A DNA stretch of 64,000 bases from Candidatus Dadabacteria bacterium (GTDB lineage Bacteria > Desulfobacterota_D > UBA1144 > Nemesobacterales > CSP1-2): positions 192,001 through 256,000 of the forward strand of contig CAWDVW010000005.1 of assembly GCA_963805855.1 (NCBI GenBank), read 5' to 3'. The notes under the pieces are model-generated. The model was not told the DNA's origin, searched no databases, and saw nothing but the letters and a program-made list of their open reading frames with translations. The position numbers were made by a program, and so were the translations under genes. Below are positions 59,613-64,000 of the stretch, piece after piece (positions within the stretch are counted from its first letter, which is position 1; each line of letters starts with the position of its first letter).

Positions 59613-61097
59613 CTAAATTCCTGCCCTCGATACCTCTACGGCCTCTATAAGAGCCTTTACCTTATTCACGGTCTCAGTGTATTCCCTTTCGGGGTCTGAA
59701 TCCGCTACAATACCCGCACCGGCTTGAATATATACCTTTTTACCTTTGATCACAAAGGTCCTTATAGTAATGCATGTATCCATATTGCCGGAAAAGCTGA
59801 AATATCCGACAGCACCACCATAAGCACCTCTACGTGTAGGCTCCATTTCCTCAATAATTTCCATTGCTCTAATCTTAGGGGCGCCGGAAAGTGTTCCAGC
59901 CGGGAATGTAGCCTTTATAACATCAAACGCATCTTTATCAGCCTTTAACTCGGCAATCACATTTGATACTATATGCATCACATGCGAATACCTTTCAACA
60001 ATCATTAGCTCATCAACTTTAACTGTTCCGTATTTCGCAACCCGACCGAGGTCGTTTCTCGCGAGATCAACAAGCATAATATGTTCCGCTCTCTCTTTAG
60101 GATCGGCTAGCAATTCCTTTTCAAGCACCTTGTCGTTGGAGGGGTTTAACCCACGGGGTCTCGTACCAGCGATCGGTCGGTTTTCGATCCTGTCTCCCTC
60201 TACACGAACCATTACCTCTGGTGAAGATCCGACAAGATAGTCTTCACCCATCTTTAGGTAAAACATGTACGGTGAAGGATTTAATACCCTTAAAGCCCGG
60301 TATAAATCGAAAGGTACAATATTAAGATCGGTTTCCCAGCGCTGTGAGATAACTGATTGGATTATATCGCCCGCCCGAATATATTCCTTTGTTTTCCTGA
60401 CGGCTTCCAAAAACTCCTGGCGTTTAAAGTTTGACTTTAATCTCGGAGATCTCGTCTTATCTGAAAACATCCTCGATCTGGATTCATTTTGAGATAATGG
60501 TGATCGAAGTTTTTCTGTTAATTTCTCAATCTTTTCTACTGCTGCCCTATAAGCCCTTCTCGCTTCATTTGGTTTTGATACATACGCATTAGAAATGATC
60601 TTAAGCTTGTTATTGACGTTGTCAAATACCAAAACCGAATCAGTGATCATAAAAACCGAATCCCAAAGCTCAAGATCATCCTTTGCAATCTCCGGAAGCT
60701 TCTCAACAAATCTAACGACATCATAACCGAAATAGCCGACGGCTCCGCCATGAAATCTAGGCAAATCCGTATTAACTACCGGTGTATATCGTGATAAAAG
60801 TTCCCTTAAAGAATCGATGGGGTTCCCCTCAGTTTTTACTACCGTTCCGTTCTCTATGATTTCAATGTTACTCTCTTTTGACCTGAACACCACAGACGGT
60901 TCTGTCCCAAGAAAACTGTACCTACCCCACTTCTCTCCACCCTCTACACTTTCGAGAAGGAAAGCATATTCACCGGTTTCAATCTTCCGCAAAGCAGACA
61001 CAGGGGTATCAAAATCGGCCAGGATCTCGGTCCATACGGGAATAAGATTCCCATTTTTCAACTTCTCCTTAAACTCTGTAAAAGAAGGAAAAATCAT
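59613..61097 (-). CDS. trpE: Anthranilate synthase component I
   Basis: FLLESVEGG..WGRYS, NPSPYM, RPIAGT, KERAEHIMLVDL, FPAGTLSGAPK; start reassigned to MIFPSF at 61097. Confidence 0.95.
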   Translation of the reverse strand: MIFPSFTEFKEKLKNGNLIPVWTEILADFDTPVSALRKIETGEYAFLLESVEGGEKWGRYSFLGTEPSVVFRSKESNIEIIENGTVVKTEGNPIDSLRELLSRYTPVVNTDLPRFHGGAVGYFGYDVVRFVEKLPEIAKDDLELWDSVFMITDSVLVFDNVNNKLKIISNAYVSKPNEARRAYRAAVEKIEKLTEKLRSPLSQNESRSRMFSDKTRSPRLKSNFKRQEFLEAVRKTKEYIRAGDIIQSVISQRWETDLNIVPFDLYRALRVLNPSPYMFYLKMGEDYLVGSSPEVMVRVEGDRIENRPIAGTRPRGLNPSNDKVLEKELLADPKERAEHIMLVDLARNDLGRVAKYGTVKVDELMIVERYSHVMHIVSNVIAELKADKDAFDVIKATFPAGTLSGAPKIRAMEIIEEMEPTRRGAYGGAVGYFSFSGNMDTCITIRTFVIKGKKVYIQAGAGIVADSDPEREYTETVNKVKALIEAVEVSRAGI

Positions 61098-61104
61098 GCT
61101 CAGA

Positions 61105-61133
61105 ATGATATAAAGGCGAGTTTTTAAAGTCAA
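61105..61133 (-). promoter_or_regulatory. Sigma-70 promoter giving a leaderless trpE transcript
   Basis: Minus strand TTGACT-N17-TATCAT-N7-ATG; no Shine-Dalgarno. Confidence 0.65.
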
Positions 61134-61212
61134 GAAAGTGCGTTGACGGAAGAACCATGTATATTGTATTGCTATGAACAATTATCGATGTAACACCGGA
61201 GGCCCATGATCA

Positions 61213-62577
61213 ATGTTAACAATCAATCCTCGAATCTTCAGAGAGTATGATATTAGAGGAGTGGTCGATGAGGACATCGATGAAGTAGTCGTCGAGACTA
61301 TAGGCAAGGCCTATGGAACATACATCAGAAAGCTCGGCAAGGATACCGTGACTATCGGGCACGACTGTCGACTCAGTTCACCCAAACTTTCTGAAGCAAT
61401 GATTACCGGCATTACATCTGCGGGAGTCAATGTTGTTGATCTAGGAATGGTTACAACGCCTATGGTCTATTTCTCCCTTTTCAATCTCCCCGTCCATGGG
61501 GGAGTTGTAATCACGGCAAGTCATAACCCAAGCGAGTACAACGGAATTAAGCTCTGTGTGGACGGGGATTCACTCTTTGGCGAGGGCATACAAAAAATCA
61601 GAAGAATTGCCGAAGGAGGAAAATTCCAGAAAGGTACCGGTACAGTCAAGACACTTGACATAATGGACAGTTATTTAGACTATCTAAGAAAGAACGTTGA
61701 AATCGATCCAGGGGTCAGAGTGGCGATTGATTGTGGAAATGGGATGGTCGGTATCGTGGCCCCAAAGATTCTAAGGCACTTTGGCTGCGAATTAACAGAG
61801 CTTTATGTCGAACCGGATGGAAGGTTTCCCAATCATCATCCAGACCCAACTGTAGAGGAAAATATTAAAGACCTTATCGATGCCGTCCGTAGCCAAGGAC
61901 TTCAGCTGGGCTTAGGGTTTGACGGAGACGGTGATAGAATTGGGGTCGTCGACGAAAGAGGAACTATAATATGGGGCGACATGCTGGTTCTCATATTTGC
62001 GAGGCAAATTTTAAAACTCAATCCTAAAGCGAAGATCATAGGAGATGTGAAGTGCTCGGTTAGACTTTTTAAAGATATCGAGAGGAATGGCGGCATTCCA
62101 ATAATGTGGAAAACCGGACATTCACTCATGAAGAATAAAATGAAGCTTGAAAAGGCAGCCTTGGCAGGCGAGATGAGCGGGCACATATTTTTTGCCGACA
62201 GATACTACGGGTATGACGACGCCCTGTATGCAGCCCTGAGAATGCTTGAGATTATCTCCAAAACCGGAAAAAGGACATCGGAACTGCTGGAAGGGGTCCC
62301 GGACGCCTTCTCAACTCCTGAGATACGGGTTGATTGCCCGGACGAAACGAAATTCAAATTAGTTAATCAAACTAGAGAAGAGCTTAAGAAAGAATATAAT
62401 GTAATAGATATAGACGGTGTACGGGTCGAATTTCCCTATGGGTGGGGTCTTGTTAGGGCCTCAAATACTCAACCGGCATTGGTCTTAAGGTTTGAAGGCG
62501 ATACGCCTGAAAGGCTCGAGCAGATACGTTCTATCGTTGAAGATAAATTGGAAATCGCGAGGAACAAGTTGTGTTAA
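61213..62577 (+). CDS. Phosphomannomutase/phosphoglucomutase
   Basis: IFREYDIRG, TASHNP, FDGDGDR, GEMSGH, RASNTQP. Confidence 0.96.
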   Translation: MLTINPRIFREYDIRGVVDEDIDEVVVETIGKAYGTYIRKLGKDTVTIGHDCRLSSPKLSEAMITGITSAGVNVVDLGMVTTPMVYFSLFNLPVHGGVVITASHNPSEYNGIKLCVDGDSLFGEGIQKIRRIAEGGKFQKGTGTVKTLDIMDSYLDYLRKNVEIDPGVRVAIDCGNGMVGIVAPKILRHFGCELTELYVEPDGRFPNHHPDPTVEENIKDLIDAVRSQGLQLGLGFDGDGDRIGVVDERGTIIWGDMLVLIFARQILKLNPKAKIIGDVKCSVRLFKDIERNGGIPIMWKTGHSLMKNKMKLEKAALAGEMSGHIFFADRYYGYDDALYAALRMLEIISKTGKRTSELLEGVPDAFSTPEIRVDCPDETKFKLVNQTREELKKEYNVIDIDGVRVEFPYGWGLVRASNTQPALVLRFEGDTPERLEQIRSIVEDKLEIARNKLC

Positions 62578-62720
62578 TTCTGGCTACCCGCTTACTCAGT
62601 ATCAGTTAAATTCGAATAATTCCTCCGATTCAAAAGCAGTTTTTCGTATGAATATGTGTCAAGGTAGCTATTCAATGGCGTTATTATCCAAACGGTCGTT
62701 AGGTATTGGAGGAATGCTCC

Positions 62721-64000
62721 ATGCAGAACTATGACATCGTAGTGATCGGCGGCGGGGCAGCCGGACTTACGGTCGCTGCGGGATCGGCAAAGTTTGGACT
62801 TAAGGTAGCATTGATCGAGAAGGAAAAATTAGGGGGCGATTGCCTCTATTATGGCTGTGTCCCAAGTAAAACGCTTATTCGTTCAGCAAAAATTGTTTCG
62901 TTAATAAGGAGGGCACATGAGTTCGGCCTTCATAAGGCGAGTCCATCGTTTGAATTCGAAAATGTGATCAGCCATGTATGGGACGTAATAGACAAAATAG
63001 GTGAGCACGACAATCCAGAGAGATTCAGGAAAATGGGGATCGACGTAATATTTGGCGTGCCAAGGTTTATTTCTTCAAGAGAACTGATGGTTGGCGGGAA
63101 GAAGATTAGAAGCAAGAAGTTCATCATATCTACGGGCTCCAGCCCGTTGATACCCGATATCGGGGGTCTCAGACAAGCAGGGTTTATAACTCACGTAGAT
63201 GTCTTTAATCTGAAAAAACTCCCCCCTTCCATAATTGTCATAGGCGCAGGGCCTATTGGAATGGAGATGTCCCAGGCATTCGCAAGATTCGGCTCCGAAG
63301 TAACTGTGATAGAAATGGAAAATCAAGTCCTGCCTAAAGAAGACATAGATATATCTAAAACACTCGAGAGTTGTCTGGCAAAAGAAGGGATTAGATTTCG
63401 CACGGGAAAAATTGTAAAGCGTGTTAATAATGAGAATGGGAAAAAGGCCGTCTTTTGTATAAAGGATGGAAAGGAGTTCGTACACAGGGCAGACGAGATC
63501 CTGCTCGCTGTCGGGCGCACCCCCAATACCGATGGACTAAACCTTGAAGCCTCAGGAGTTGAACACACCAAAAAAGGCATAACTGTAAACAGCAATCTCA
63601 AGACAACCGCCAAAAACATATGGGCATGCGGTGATGTCGTGGGGCCCTATCTCTTCACACACATGGCTGAATACCAGGCCGGAATAGTACTGAGGAACGT
63701 ATTATTCAGGTTGCCGGCGAAGGTTGACTATTCAGCGGTTCCATGGACAACATTCACCGATCCAGAGGTTGCCCACATAGGAGTGACGGAGAGCGAGGCA
63801 GTAGAAAAAGACCTAAACTACACTGTTTATAAATACAATTACAGCGACGTAGATAGAGCGGTTACAGAGGTGGAAGGTCACGGATTCGTCAAGATATTAA
63901 CCACCGGGTGGAAGGGAAAGATAATCGGGGCTCATATAATAGGCCCGAATGCCGGGGAATTGATACACGAGCTCATTTTGGCCATAAGGAAGGGTTTAAG
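62721..64000 (+). CDS. Pyridine nucleotide-disulfide oxidoreductase (MerA/LpdA-like), 3'-truncated by the window (not in ORF track)
   Basis: GGAGG RBS; MQNYDIVVIGGGAAG, GGDCLYYGCVPSK, GAGPIG, GDVVG, FTDPE. Confidence 0.92.
   Translation, partial: MQNYDIVVIGGGAAGLTVAAGSAKFGLKVALIEKEKLGGDCLYYGCVPSKTLIRSAKIVSLIRRAHEFGLHKASPSFEFENVISHVWDVIDKIGEHDNPERFRKMGIDVIFGVPRFISSRELMVGGKKIRSKKFIISTGSSPLIPDIGGLRQAGFITHVDVFNLKKLPPSIIVIGAGPIGMEMSQAFARFGSEVTVIEMENQVLPKEDIDISKTLESCLAKEGIRFRTGKIVKRVNNENGKKAVFCIKDGKEFVHRADEILLAVGRTPNTDGLNLEASGVEHTKKGITVNSNLKTTAKNIWACGDVVGPYLFTHMAEYQAGIVLRNVLFRLPAKVDYSAVPWTTFTDPEVAHIGVTESEAVEKDLNYTVYKYNYSDVDRAVTEVEGHGFVKILTTGWKGKIIGAHIIGPNAGELIHELILAIRKGL

Noticed and set aside
579-63619. 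Numerous antisense or overlapping ORFs in the track (e.g. 579-965, 3400-3861, 16947-17390, 41919-42443, 45218-45841, 63075-63485)
   Set aside because: Shadows of well-supported genes on another frame or strand
62721-64000. Calling the terminal gene merA
   Set aside because: The C-terminal Cys pair is outside the window and no mer genes are adjacent

Overview
Bacterial chromosomal window, moderately AT-rich, with about 65 genes. The futalosine menaquinone genes, F420-type LLM enzyme, Na+-pumping decarboxylase and sigma-54 promoters suggest a Desulfobacterota/Dadabacteria-like organism, but that is an impression, not a result. Housekeeping and metabolic content: rpmH-rnpA-yidD-yidC-jag, trpE/trpG, tadA, pncB, oadGAB, mqnP-ubiX and ubiD-mqnE, mscL, mgsA, PMM/PGM, a metal ABC uptake operon and many small stress or redox genes. 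No rRNA, tRNA, CRISPR array, transposase or integrase gene was seen. The most interesting signals are non-coding. (1) A three-layer nested repeat element occurs twice (33906-34411, 46432-46994); its TG..CA-ended core, flanked by ATTGC direct repeats, points in opposite directions in the two copies. (2) A roughly 25-bp mini-module occupies the loops of REP-like palindromes, with both filled and empty sites visible. (3) Two degenerate attC sites with cassette ORFs occur without an integrase. (4) A CxxC/RSPP-ending DUF2946-like leader ORF and a terminator-like hairpin precede the metal-uptake operon. (5) Two sigma-54 promoters share a TCACGA-N4-TCGTGA palindrome. (6) A decaying ECF42-type island with three copies of a TGTCCT-N16/17-TCGTCGT motif lies inside the menaquinone gene cluster. 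There is also a homopolymer frameshift in ubiD, several pseudogene remnants, and two same-length acyl-CoA ligase paralogues flanking an orphan gene.
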